From: a virus
Lineage: Duplodnaviria > Caudoviricetes
Length of the DNA stretch: 64,000 nt
Strand: one strand, 5' to 3'
Virus record (IMG/VR): IMGVR_UViG_3300031760_000024
Location: 1-64,000 of that record
Made by a program: the position numbers and the translations under genes. The notes below the pieces were generated by a model, which was not told the DNA's origin, ran no database searches, and saw only the letters and a list, made by a program, of their open reading frames with translations. Positions 1 through 7,818 of this stretch are shown here, piece by piece; positions within the stretch are counted from its first letter, which is position 1; every line of letters begins with the position of its first letter.

Positions 1-1
1 A

Positions 2-109
2 CCCGACACACACTTTACACAAAACGGAACGTATGAAGATGTGAAGAACGTGAGAGCGTGGAAACCCTTGCCTGAACCATATAAGGCAGAAAGTGAGGAT
101 AACGCATGA
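2..109 (+). CDS. 3' end of DUF551-like phage protein (partial)
   Basis: Frame 2 reads ...VRAWKPLPEPYKAESEDNA*; AWxPLPEPY is typical of the DUF551 C-terminus. Confidence 0.55.
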   Translation, partial: PDTHFTQNGTYEDVKNVRAWKPLPEPYKAESEDNA

Positions 110-471
110 TCCATGAGTTGAAGATTCTTCCGAAATGGTTTGAAGATGTGTGCACCCAGAAAAAGACATTTGAAATCAGAAAGAATGATAGAGATTACAA
201 TGTAGGAGACACGCTAATCCTAAAAGAATGGTGCAGAGGTAAGTACACAGGGAGAGAAGTTAAACGGACTGTAAGCTATATCTACTACGGTGACGGGTGC
301 TACGGATTGTCTGATGAATATGTTGTTATGGCAATAAGGGGAGCAAGAGTAGTTTTAGATGAGGGTCTGTGTAAGATGGACGGCGATCCTGTCGACATTG
401 ACAAGGCGGTTGAACACTACGAGGGGACGCTACAAACGCTGAAAGGTATTGATTTGGAGATAGATAGATGA
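106..471 (+). CDS. DUF3850/ASCH (PUA-like) domain protein
   Basis: HELKILPKWF...KKTFEIRKNDRDYNVGDTLILKEW motif. Confidence 0.8.
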   Translation: MIHELKILPKWFEDVCTQKKTFEIRKNDRDYNVGDTLILKEWCRGKYTGREVKRTVSYIYYGDGCYGLSDEYVVMAIRGARVVLDEGLCKMDGDPVDIDKAVEHYEGTLQTLKGIDLEIDR

Positions 472-803
472 ATGATTTAATCAGTAAGATAGTTACAGAA
501 ATAGTTGTAGTTGAAACGGAAGAAGAGTTTATATTAACTACAATTAAACCTTGGTGCGAAGAGACGACAAAGAGAACGATACCAAAGCGTGACTTAAAGA
601 GAGCATTGACTTTGTATTTTAATATAGACACGGAGATCAAAGCACTTGAAAAACAGAAAGCAATATCTGAACTACAACCACCTACAGATGACTGGGAAAA
701 TTACGCAGATCGGTTGTATGACTTGGCTTACTTGAGTGGATATAATGATGGATTGATTGCGAAAGAGGTGAAGAATACTGATGGAGATAATAAAAGAAAT
801 TAA
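468..803 (+). CDS. hypothetical protein
   Basis: ORF coupled to its neighbours by overlapping stop/start. Confidence 0.6.
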   Translation: MNDLISKIVTEIVVVETEEEFILTTIKPWCEETTKRTIPKRDLKRALTLYFNIDTEIKALEKQKAISELQPPTDDWENYADRLYDLAYLSGYNDGLIAKEVKNTDGDNKRN

Positions 804-1104
804 CTACGATTGGATATGGATATTTGGATTGATTCTACTTATCATCGGACTTGGTATACTGATAGTAGATATTGTTATTGCTCATGAATGGTGTTTAAAT
901 ATTGGCATTCTTATATTAGCAGTCGGTGTTATTTCCTTTGCAGTAGGACTCGCACAACTTAAAAACAGTCATACATTTCGGGTGAAACTTAGTGATACAT
1001 ATACAGTTCAAGAGTTATCAGAACAGTGTGAATATGTAGTATATGAACCGGATTATGGTACATGGCTTGTGCGATTTAGGGAGGATAGAAAGGATGAAAT
1101 GTGA
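781..1104 (+). CDS. two-TM membrane protein (paralog family with 3381 and 4515)
   Basis: Two hydrophobic helices plus a short C-terminal domain similar to those of the two paralogs. Confidence 0.7.
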   Translation: MEIIKEINYDWIWIFGLILLIIGLGILIVDIVIAHEWCLNIGILILAVGVISFAVGLAQLKNSHTFRVKLSDTYTVQELSEQCEYVVYEPDYGTWLVRFREDRKDEM

Positions 1105-1378
1105 AACTTGTCAATATTGTCAACAATCTTCTTATGAGATAAACGGTAAACAAGTTAATATAGCTTGTTGTACATTATCACATTGTGTCGTTAAAGCAGA
1201 TAAAGAGCATAATTGTACTTTACACAATAAAGACTTGTCTGGATACGATATTTGTTATAATTGTAAATATTATTCTGGAGGTAGTGATTGGGGATTATTC
1301 TGTAGTCACAAAGATATGTATCATCATCTTGGGAAGTTTAGTGATGATCCGTGTGATTATTATGAAAAAATAAAATAG
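1094..1378 (+). CDS. Cys-rich hypothetical protein
   Basis: ATG at 1094 after GGAGG/AAGGA; two CxxC...C repeats. Confidence 0.6.
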   Translation: MKCETCQYCQQSSYEINGKQVNIACCTLSHCVVKADKEHNCTLHNKDLSGYDICYNCKYYSGGSDWGLFCSHKDMYHHLGKFSDDPCDYYEKIK

Positions 1379-1401
1379 AACTTTGATGGGAGAAGATCAT
1401 T

Positions 1402-1656
1402 ATGACACAAATAATCGAAATTAAGGATAATGTCTTTTGGGAATATGATGTTAATAAAGCTATTTATGATTTCGAGGCAGAGTATGGTGTAGAACCACAT
1501 ATGATTATTGGCAGAAATTTCATTGAGTTAATTACAACTTCATATGATTGGATCAATGAAAAACCAATAGATAAGTCTGAAGGTATCGTTGCAAAATATA
1601 AAGGTGTGTCGTGTGAGTATGATCCTGATATATCTTGTGTAATTTTAAAAGCATAA
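1402..1656 (+). CDS. hypothetical protein flanked by two 18-bp palindromes
   Basis: RBS GGGAG; ORF lies between palindromes at 1370 and 1653. Confidence 0.6.
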   Translation: MTQIIEIKDNVFWEYDVNKAIYDFEAEYGVEPHMIIGRNFIELITTSYDWINEKPIDKSEGIVAKYKGVSCEYDPDISCVILKA

Positions 1657-1727
1657 AAGTACGATTTCATAGTATTTCAAAACGCCGAAACTAACGAGAA
1701 CAATACAATAAGAAAAGAGGATTAAAC

Positions 1728-2717
1728 ATGGTAAAAGAACATGACTTATTATCTGTAGATAAGGATATAAATCTTTATGTTCCAGAACTAACAAAATATC
1801 ACTCTGATGATAATTTATTAGATCATAATACAGATACTTATTTGGATAGACTATATACATACGATGAAGAATGTTGTTGGCAATATTCTATTCGTTTGAA
1901 CAACAAAACAGAAGATACGGAATATATTTATGATAACTTTAATATACTTCCGGAAGACATTAGTGTTGCCGATTTTGATGTTCTACCTATTACATCAAAA
2001 GAAAAGAAAAAAGAAGCCATAGAATTTATAAAGAAATATGAATGGCTTGGTACAATAACACAGTATTCAACGCATTACTTTGGAGCTTATTACAAAGGGA
2101 TCTTAGGTGGGGTAACAATATTTTCTATGCCAAACGCCTTTAGTAAACTTTTAGGGGATAATACGAAAGATTTGGAGAGACTTATTAGTAGAGGCGCATG
2201 CGCTTCATGGACGCCAAAGGGATTAGCTTCTTCGTTTCTTATGGCTTGTATAAAGTGGATGGTACAAAATACTCAATACAGATTATTTACAGCGTATTCC
2301 GATCCGACAGCGAAAGAACTTGGCACAATTTATCAGGCATGTAATTTTTATTATCTTGGACAAAAGTCTGGCACTACAACCAGATATATTAATCCATATA
2401 CAGGAAGAATAGTTTCCGATAGATTCTTTCGTCAAAAAACTGCATATAAAAAATATGCTGAAGAGTTAAAAATTGAATGGGATAAAAGCTGGTCTAATGC
2501 TCATGGTATGAATTGGGATAATGTGCCTGATGAGATAGAAAAGCAACTTCGTGATTTCGGGAAAAAGAAACAGAAGGAATCTAAAAAAATAGAATACCCC
2601 AGTAAGCACAAATACGCATATGTATTGGGCAATAATAAAAAAGAAACAAGGCAATTAAGAAAGATTTTTGAAGAAAGAAATACGATATTACCATATCCAA
2701 AACAAAGAGGCAGATGA
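1728..2717 (+). CDS. Mom-like (GNAT-fold) DNA adenine-modification protein
   Basis: AIEFIKKYEWLG..., ERLISRG, TAYSDPTAKELGTIYQACNFYYLG resemble the Mom-family YxDP...GTIYQAxNxxYxG motif. Confidence 0.7.
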   Translation: MVKEHDLLSVDKDINLYVPELTKYHSDDNLLDHNTDTYLDRLYTYDEECCWQYSIRLNNKTEDTEYIYDNFNILPEDISVADFDVLPITSKEKKKEAIEFIKKYEWLGTITQYSTHYFGAYYKGILGGVTIFSMPNAFSKLLGDNTKDLERLISRGACASWTPKGLASSFLMACIKWMVQNTQYRLFTAYSDPTAKELGTIYQACNFYYLGQKSGTTTRYINPYTGRIVSDRFFRQKTAYKKYAEELKIEWDKSWSNAHGMNWDNVPDEIEKQLRDFGKKKQKESKKIEYPSKHKYAYVLGNNKKETRQLRKIFEERNTILPYPKQRGR

Positions 2718-2757
2718 ACACGGACAATGTTAATAAAAGTAACCAAGGAGGTTAATT

Positions 2758-2979
2758 ATGTTTCTGAAAACAAAGACGATTGACACAAGATGTGAGAACT
2801 GCAAATATTGGCACAAATTAAAGTATGGTTTTAAGACCGGAGACGGCTTTAAAGAATCGTCATGCTGCATAGCTTTGACAAGGCTTGACGAAGATATAGA
2901 TAAGTATGATTCCTTTATAGTTGAAACCGATGCAGATGATATGTGTGAAATGTTTACAAGAAAGGAAAATGTGAAATGA
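2758..2979 (+). CDS. small Cys-rich hypothetical protein
   Basis: RBS AAGGAGG; CxxCxYW...C motif. Confidence 0.6.
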   Translation: MFLKTKTIDTRCENCKYWHKLKYGFKTGDGFKESSCCIALTRLDEDIDKYDSFIVETDADDMCEMFTRKENVK

Positions 2980-3119
2980 TTGATGTAGAGTTTTGGAAGA
3001 AAGTGATTCAGGCGGATCGGGAAAACATCAAGAAATATGGAACGAGTTCTTTTGGGTCGTATGATGGTAGCGATGACGACAATGATGAGGATTATAACGA
3101 TGAAGAATGGGAAGACTGA
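2976..3119 (+). CDS. 47-aa protein with acidic tail (not in ORF track)
   Basis: MIDVEFWKKVIQADRENIKKYGTSSFGSYDGSDDDNDEDYNDEEWED*; ATGA overlap with the upstream stop. Confidence 0.55.
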   Translation: MIDVEFWKKVIQADRENIKKYGTSSFGSYDGSDDDNDEDYNDEEWED

Positions 3120-3172
3120 CAAAATGGTATACAGGAACAAGTCAAATCAGGCTTTGAATTGGAGGTGATAAT

Positions 3173-3361
3173 ATGCCGATGCTTGGTTATGATAATGAAG
3201 ATTGGAAACAATTTATACATTATCTTGGAGAAGCAAGTAAACACATTAACAAAAAAGAGATTAAACGACTTAAGAGAGAAGAAGGAGAAAATTATGCTGA
3301 TGCTCAATGGTGTGATCCATTAGAAGTGTTATTGGATTTAACAAAATCATATTTGAACTAG
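3173..3361 (+). CDS. hypothetical protein
   Basis: RBS GGAGGTG; bounded by palindrome-like sites at 3141 and 3352. Confidence 0.6.
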   Translation: MPMLGYDNEDWKQFIHYLGEASKHINKKEIKRLKREEGENYADAQWCDPLEVLLDLTKSYLN

Positions 3362-3380
3362 TCTTTAATGGGAGGTTTAT

Positions 3381-3686
3381 ATGGAAATAATATCTGAATC
3401 AAATGCAATGTCTACTATTTCGATTATCATGTTCGTATTTGGAATATTATTTGCAGTGATTGGCATTCTTGTTGTTTGTCTTGAAAGAGATTGGAAGGTT
3501 GGATGTTTTTGCTGGATCATAGCTGCGATTATTATCCCATGTTGCATTATTAAAACACCAACCAGATACCGCTTGAGAGTTAACAAGACAACTACTTTTG
3601 GTGAGGTCGAGGCAAAGTATGAAATACTAAAATATGATAAAAAGAATGATATATATATTGTGGTTAAAAAGGAGGAATCCCAATGA
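3381..3686 (+). CDS. two-TM membrane protein (paralog family)
   Basis: RBS GGGAGG; two TM helices; C-terminal YRLRVNK...YEILKY...IYIVVKKE. Confidence 0.7.
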   Translation: MEIISESNAMSTISIIMFVFGILFAVIGILVVCLERDWKVGCFCWIIAAIIIPCCIIKTPTRYRLRVNKTTTFGEVEAKYEILKYDKKNDIYIVVKKEESQ

Positions 3687-4112
3687 AAATTTATACAGAT
3701 GTGAATATAGAACCAACCACTGATGAATTGGTTGATCTGTTTCTAGAAAAAGAAGCTGATGGTAGGGCGAGGTTCTTTTATGAATTGTTTGTGAATCATG
3801 GATGGGATGAGAGTTTACTTGTTGATAATATTTATGACTACATGGACGAAATTGATGTTATGATTAACAAGTTAGAAAGTATGGCAAATCTACTAAGAAT
3901 CAGATATGGGAGGTAAAATTATGAGCAAAATCATACCAATTAAATCTATAAGCTGCGGAAACACGGGGAGGTTTTACATCGTATGTACAGATGGTAGATT
4001 ATTTGAAATGAAATCAATTGCAGATATGACATTTGATTCAGAAATGAATTCGTGTTTTATAACAGATAACGCCGGAATCATCTATAGAATGGGGCGTAAA
4101 GTAGAAAAGTAA
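3683..4112 (+). CDS. two small hypothetical proteins (3683-3916, 3921-4112)
   Basis: Both have GGAGG RBS and are tightly packed. Confidence 0.55.
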
Positions 4113-4128
4113 GGGAGGATATTATTTA

Positions 4129-4329
4129 GTGGCATCACGAGGTAAAGGATCAATATCATTACGCGACGTACAAAAAACATTAAAAGCAAATGGGTATGAA
4201 TTAAATAGGCAAAATAGACACATGATATATAGAAACGAAAAGACAAAAGACGTATTTATATTGCCAAGAAGTTGTCATGACATGTTAATCAGGAGAATGT
4301 ATAAAGAACATAATATATGTCAAAATTAA
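4129..4329 (+). CDS. HicA-like (dsRBD-fold) small protein
   Basis: SLRDVQKTLKANGYELNRQNRHMIY...VFILP resembles HicA xxEVxKxLxxNGWxxxRxxGSHxxY...VP. Confidence 0.5.
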   Translation: MASRGKGSISLRDVQKTLKANGYELNRQNRHMIYRNEKTKDVFILPRSCHDMLIRRMYKEHNICQN

Positions 4330-4342
4330 ATGAGATTTTAAT

Positions 4343-4513
4343 ATGAAGTGTAGATATTTAGCGTGTGATATTTGTGGTCACAATATCGAAAACAGAAGAG
4401 AAATTGGATATAAAATTAAGAAAAAATTATTTTTTCTAGATAATACATGGAAGAATATGGATGTTTGTCAGGATTGTATGCATAAAATAATAGAAAAGAT
4501 TAAGGAGGCGTAA
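4343..4513 (+). CDS. 56-aa zinc-finger-like protein (not in ORF track)
   Basis: MKCRYLACDICGHNIE...DVCQDCMHKIIEKIKEA*; two CxxC pairs. Confidence 0.55.
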   Translation: MKCRYLACDICGHNIENRREIGYKIKKKLFFLDNTWKNMDVCQDCMHKIIEKIKEA

Positions 4514-4514
4514 A

Positions 4515-4844
4515 ATGGAAATAGTGGAAACACTGAATGATGCTGGGTGGGGAATCGGAATGATCGTGGCTGCATGTGTTGTTTTTATAATACTCGGTCT
4601 GATGTTAGCAGTAATGATCGACGATGGAGATATTGGTACTGCAATTACATGTGGGATATATGTGTTTCTTTTAGGATTGATTTTGTTAATTGCTGGCATT
4701 CATACTTGTTTAATTGGGGATTATTACAAATTAAAAGTAAACAAAAACGTGACTATTGAACAGATAAAACAAGAATATAAAATTCTAAAATATAAAACTG
4801 AGGATGATATATGGATTGTAAAAAAAGAAAGGAGAACAAGATGA
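4515..4844 (+). CDS. two-TM membrane protein (paralog family)
   Basis: RBS AAGGAGG; C-terminal YYKLKVNK...YKILKY...IWIVKKE. Confidence 0.7.
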   Translation: MEIVETLNDAGWGIGMIVAACVVFIILGLMLAVMIDDGDIGTAITCGIYVFLLGLILLIAGIHTCLIGDYYKLKVNKNVTIEQIKQEYKILKYKTEDDIWIVKKERRTR

Positions 4845-4919
4845 CGTTAAATGAAGTATGCGAAATTCTTAAAGGTTATCTAAATAGTAGCATTGCAGTT
4901 TGAGCGAATTCATAAATTA

Positions 4920-4946
4920 AAGCCGCCACAATAGGCGGCTTTTTAT
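4920..4946 (+). terminator. intrinsic terminator
   Basis: AAGCCGCC-acaata-GGCGGCTT followed by TTT. Confidence 0.8.
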
Positions 4947-4974
4947 TAAGAAGGAGAAAATTATATGAGAAAAC

Positions 4975-5004
4975 TTGACAACATTAACCAAAATCAGTTA
5001 ATAT
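4975..5004 (+). promoter_or_regulatory. candidate sigma-A promoter of the repressor operon
   Basis: TTGACA at 4975, then TAATAT-like -10 after an 18-nt spacer. Confidence 0.45.
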
Positions 5005-5017
5005 TTATTAAAAGGAG

Positions 5018-6148
5018 GTGCAGGATATGTTACAGGATAAGAGCGCTTTAGCGAAGAGGTTAATGCCATATTTCACAAGCATAGGAAGAGAACGTAAGCA
5101 AGCACAAGAGTTATGCGATAAATTAAAAAAGGAATATAATCTGCCACCAGTTATTTGCTCAGATATATTATCCACAAGAAGGTCGTTAGAAGATTGTAAT
5201 GAACTGATTTGTTACTGGATTGTTCAGGGGATTAAGAAAGAATTAACCATTGAGTTTTTTACAAATAAGGAAATTAAAGATTTTGCCGGACTTCAATATG
5301 AGGACGAAAAACCAATTCTGCCATTAAAGGTACCAATGCTGGAAGTTAATGATGATCAATGGATTGGTGTTATAGATATTAAAACTTTAATGAGAATGCG
5401 GAAAGAGGGATTAATTCATTACAATGCAGAAACACAAAGAGCATTAAAGTTAATGATAAGAGGAGAAGAACATATTTATAAGCCATATACAAATCGCAGA
5501 GCGGTTAATGAGATATTTGAATTAATTGATGACAACTCTTTTATTCCTAACACGCTCACATTAAACATGCCTCCGGCAGATGAAAATATGGAATACGATT
5601 TTGCTGGTGGTATAATGACAATTAAGAGCATATCTCATTTTGACATAGTGGATGGTTATCATAGATTAAAAGCTTTTGAAAGAAAATATGACAAAGATCC
5701 TAAATATAATTGTAAGGTTGAACTGCGGTTAACAACATTCTCTGTAACAAAGGCAAAACAATTTATATTCCAAGAGGATCATAATAATAAAATGCCAAGG
5801 GTTGATGTGATATCCTATGATCAAAGGAATGATGTAAACAAAATTATTCAAAGAATAAATAATGATATAGATTTTGATATGCGTGGTGAGATTTGTGTTA
5901 ACGGAGGATTGATTCATGCAGGAATGGCTGCCAAAGCATTATCATCTGCGTTGCCAAAAGCAAAACTTTCCGCTGCTCAGATAACAAAATATGTTTCAGA
6001 TTATGTGTATAAATTAAATGTTATAGTAAGAAAGAGACCAGATTTTACCACAAAGAAATGGGATGGAATTCAAATTAAAACAGTATTTGGTAATTTAAAT
6101 GAACCAGCAGAAGCCATACTAAGAGAACTAGAAACAATAAAGCCATAA
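5018..6148 (+). CDS. DGQHR/DndB-ParB-like protein, SPbeta YopQ/SroE-like repressor
   Basis: FDIVDGYHRL motif; lies directly upstream of a YopR-like gene, as in the SPbeta sro operon. Confidence 0.65.
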   Translation: MQDMLQDKSALAKRLMPYFTSIGRERKQAQELCDKLKKEYNLPPVICSDILSTRRSLEDCNELICYWIVQGIKKELTIEFFTNKEIKDFAGLQYEDEKPILPLKVPMLEVNDDQWIGVIDIKTLMRMRKEGLIHYNAETQRALKLMIRGEEHIYKPYTNRRAVNEIFELIDDNSFIPNTLTLNMPPADENMEYDFAGGIMTIKSISHFDIVDGYHRLKAFERKYDKDPKYNCKVELRLTTFSVTKAKQFIFQEDHNNKMPRVDVISYDQRNDVNKIIQRINNDIDFDMRGEICVNGGLIHAGMAAKALSSALPKAKLSAAQITKYVSDYVYKLNVIVRKRPDFTTKKWDGIQIKTVFGNLNEPAEAILRELETIKP

Positions 6149-6185
6149 CCTCAATGTATTATCTATTATAAAGGAGGGGATAATA

Positions 6186-7133
6186 ATGAAGGAAATGGAT
6201 AAATTTTATAATGAACAGCAGAAAAATAGATTTTTAGATACGATAGATAAAAGCAAGTTCCCACCGTATTATTGGGATAGGTTGTTCGCTTCATATAAAA
6301 AATCCGAAGAAGAGTGTGGCAAAGACTTATGTAATTTTACAAGACAGGAAATATTTAATGCCCATAAAGAACAAAATTATCGTTCGTTTGAAACATTAAT
6401 TATAGGACATATCAATCTAAAGAATTATACTGATTGGGCTATTCAGCAGTCTTTAGTGGATGATGGCGAAAATCATTACGATGAATTTATAACGGAAGAG
6501 TTGTTTGATTGCGTCAACACTTTGCAATTAAAACAGTCAATAATTACAAGAGACTTGTTAGAGCGCGGTATTAGCAAGTTAGATAATCCACAGGATTCAT
6601 TTCTATTAATAGGTATATTTGAGGGTGTTAAAGGAAAGGAATTCATTGATTTAACTACTATTAAAATGTCAGATATTGATCTAGACAATAAAACTGTGCG
6701 GCTGCCAAGTATCAACACTGTGATACCAGTATCTAATACATTCATTAACTGGGCAATTAAAGCAAACAGTCAAGACAAATATTATAGAAGAGACGGAAGA
6801 GAATATCCTTTGTATGGAGATAATATAATAAAGCTGTCTGGAAGGTATGCAGAACAAAACTATATGACTGGTAATAAGCAGAGCGCAAGTACATACCGTG
6901 CGATCTTACGATCTTTGGATGAAATGGGATACGGCAAAACAATATCATGTAATAGTTTATATACTAGTGGGATCATTGACTTAATCAATACAATAGCCAA
7001 AGAACATGGAGTTAATGCAGAGAAGGTTTTGTACGATCAAGAATTATATAATTTAGTTTTACTAAAATATAATTTACCTGCAAGTTCACGACGGCGATTC
7101 CTAATTAAATTTGGAGATTTCCTTATTAAATAA
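6186..7133 (+). CDS. integrase-fold master repressor, SPbeta YopR/MrpR (SroF)-like
   Basis: FYNEQQKNRFLD, KDLCNFT, YTDWAI, EELFDCV, IFEGVKG, NSLYTSG match my recollection of YopR; no RxxE or HxxR catalytic motifs. Confidence 0.75.
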   Translation: MKEMDKFYNEQQKNRFLDTIDKSKFPPYYWDRLFASYKKSEEECGKDLCNFTRQEIFNAHKEQNYRSFETLIIGHINLKNYTDWAIQQSLVDDGENHYDEFITEELFDCVNTLQLKQSIITRDLLERGISKLDNPQDSFLLIGIFEGVKGKEFIDLTTIKMSDIDLDNKTVRLPSINTVIPVSNTFINWAIKANSQDKYYRRDGREYPLYGDNIIKLSGRYAEQNYMTGNKQSASTYRAILRSLDEMGYGKTISCNSLYTSGIIDLINTIAKEHGVNAEKVLYDQELYNLVLLKYNLPASSRRRFLIKFGDFLIK

Positions 7134-7139
7134 CTTACA

Positions 7140-7162
7140 GTACCCACCGAAATGGTGGGTAC
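7140..7162. other. perfect 9-bp inverted repeat after the repressor gene
   Basis: GTACCCACC-gaaat-GGTGGGTAC; no U-tract. Confidence 0.7.
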
Positions 7163-7172
7163 ATAAAAAGTT

Positions 7173-7223
7173 TGATAAAGTTGAAAACTAACTATTGACA
7201 TTGTACCACGGTAGTGGTATTAT
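7173..7223 (+). promoter_or_regulatory. sigma-A promoter with conserved upstream box (shared with 24124)
   Basis: TTGACA(7195)-17-TATTAT(7218); TACCAC/GTGGTA inverted repeat in the spacer. Confidence 0.75.
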
Positions 7224-7248
7224 AAGATCATCAGGTACGGAACATTAG

Positions 7249-7336
7249 TGAGATGTAGCTCAATCGGTAAGAGCCACGGTCTTATAAACCGTAAGCCCTG
7301 ACAAGGTAAATGTGGGTTCGATTCCCACCATCTCGA
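7249..7336 (+). tRNA. tRNA-Ile(UAU) with long variable arm
   Basis: Acceptor TGAGATG/CATCTCG, D-arm GCTC/GAGC, anticodon ACGGT-CTTATAA-ACCGT, 19-nt V region, T-arm GTGGG-TTCGATT-CCCAC; no CCA. Confidence 0.85.
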
Positions 7337-7343
7337 CACATTT

Positions 7344-7427
7344 GCTACCGTGTCGGAATTGGAATACGAATCAGACTTAAAATCTGAGGCCCAGAAGGGA
7401 TTGAGGGTTCAAGTCCCTCCGGTAGCA
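7344..7427 (+). tRNA. tRNA-Leu(UAA)
   Basis: GCTACCG/CGGTAGC, TCAGA-CTTAAAA-TCTGA, long V arm. Confidence 0.9.
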
Positions 7428-7460
7428 CGAACAGAATCACGAAAGGAGGTATGGTATGAG

Positions 7461-7664
7461 TTGATTTCACAAGAACATAAATCGACGATGTGTCAATGTA
7501 ATAATAAAAAAGATCCACATGTGTTTCTGTATTCAGATGCCGTTGGTAGTTTCCCAGATAAACGATGCCCAGAATGTGGCTTTGGCTTTTTCTTTATTGA
7601 CCCTCCATCTTGGATGGATAAATATCTATATGTAAATAATGATGTAAAATATTATGAGTATTAA
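7461..7664 (+). CDS. small zinc-ribbon protein
   Basis: TTG start after AGGAGG; CQC...CPECG. The longer track ORF overlaps tRNA-Leu. Confidence 0.5.
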   Translation: MISQEHKSTMCQCNNKKDPHVFLYSDAVGSFPDKRCPECGFGFFFIDPPSWMDKYLYVNNDVKYYEY

Positions 7665-7679
7665 GTAGAAAACTAAATA

Positions 7680-7806
7680 TCTCTATCCGCGAGAAGCGTA
7701 CCCGGCTATCCTTATGTCCGAAGACCTCCCTTAAAATAGCCATGTTAACTATCACCCCTCTTTATTATATAAATGATACTCCGGGTGCGCCTCTGACGGA
7801 TAGAGA
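7680..7806 (+). ncRNA. candidate structured RNA / thyX leader
   Basis: About 23-bp closing stem (7680-7705 pairs with 7781-7806) around two C-rich sub-hairpins. Confidence 0.6.
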
Positions 7807-7818
7807 GAAAGGATCAAA

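Noticed and set aside
6186-7133. Second active integrase
   Set aside because: Lacks the RxxE, HxxR and LGH motifs; resembles the MrpR repressor instead
7350-7460. N-terminal extension of ORF 7350-7664
   Set aside because: Overlaps tRNA-Leu; the RBS points to TTG at 7461
7754-7761. 8-nt complementarity (ACCCCTCT) between the thyX leader RNA and the 29997-30006 loop
   Set aside because: Too short to distinguish from chance
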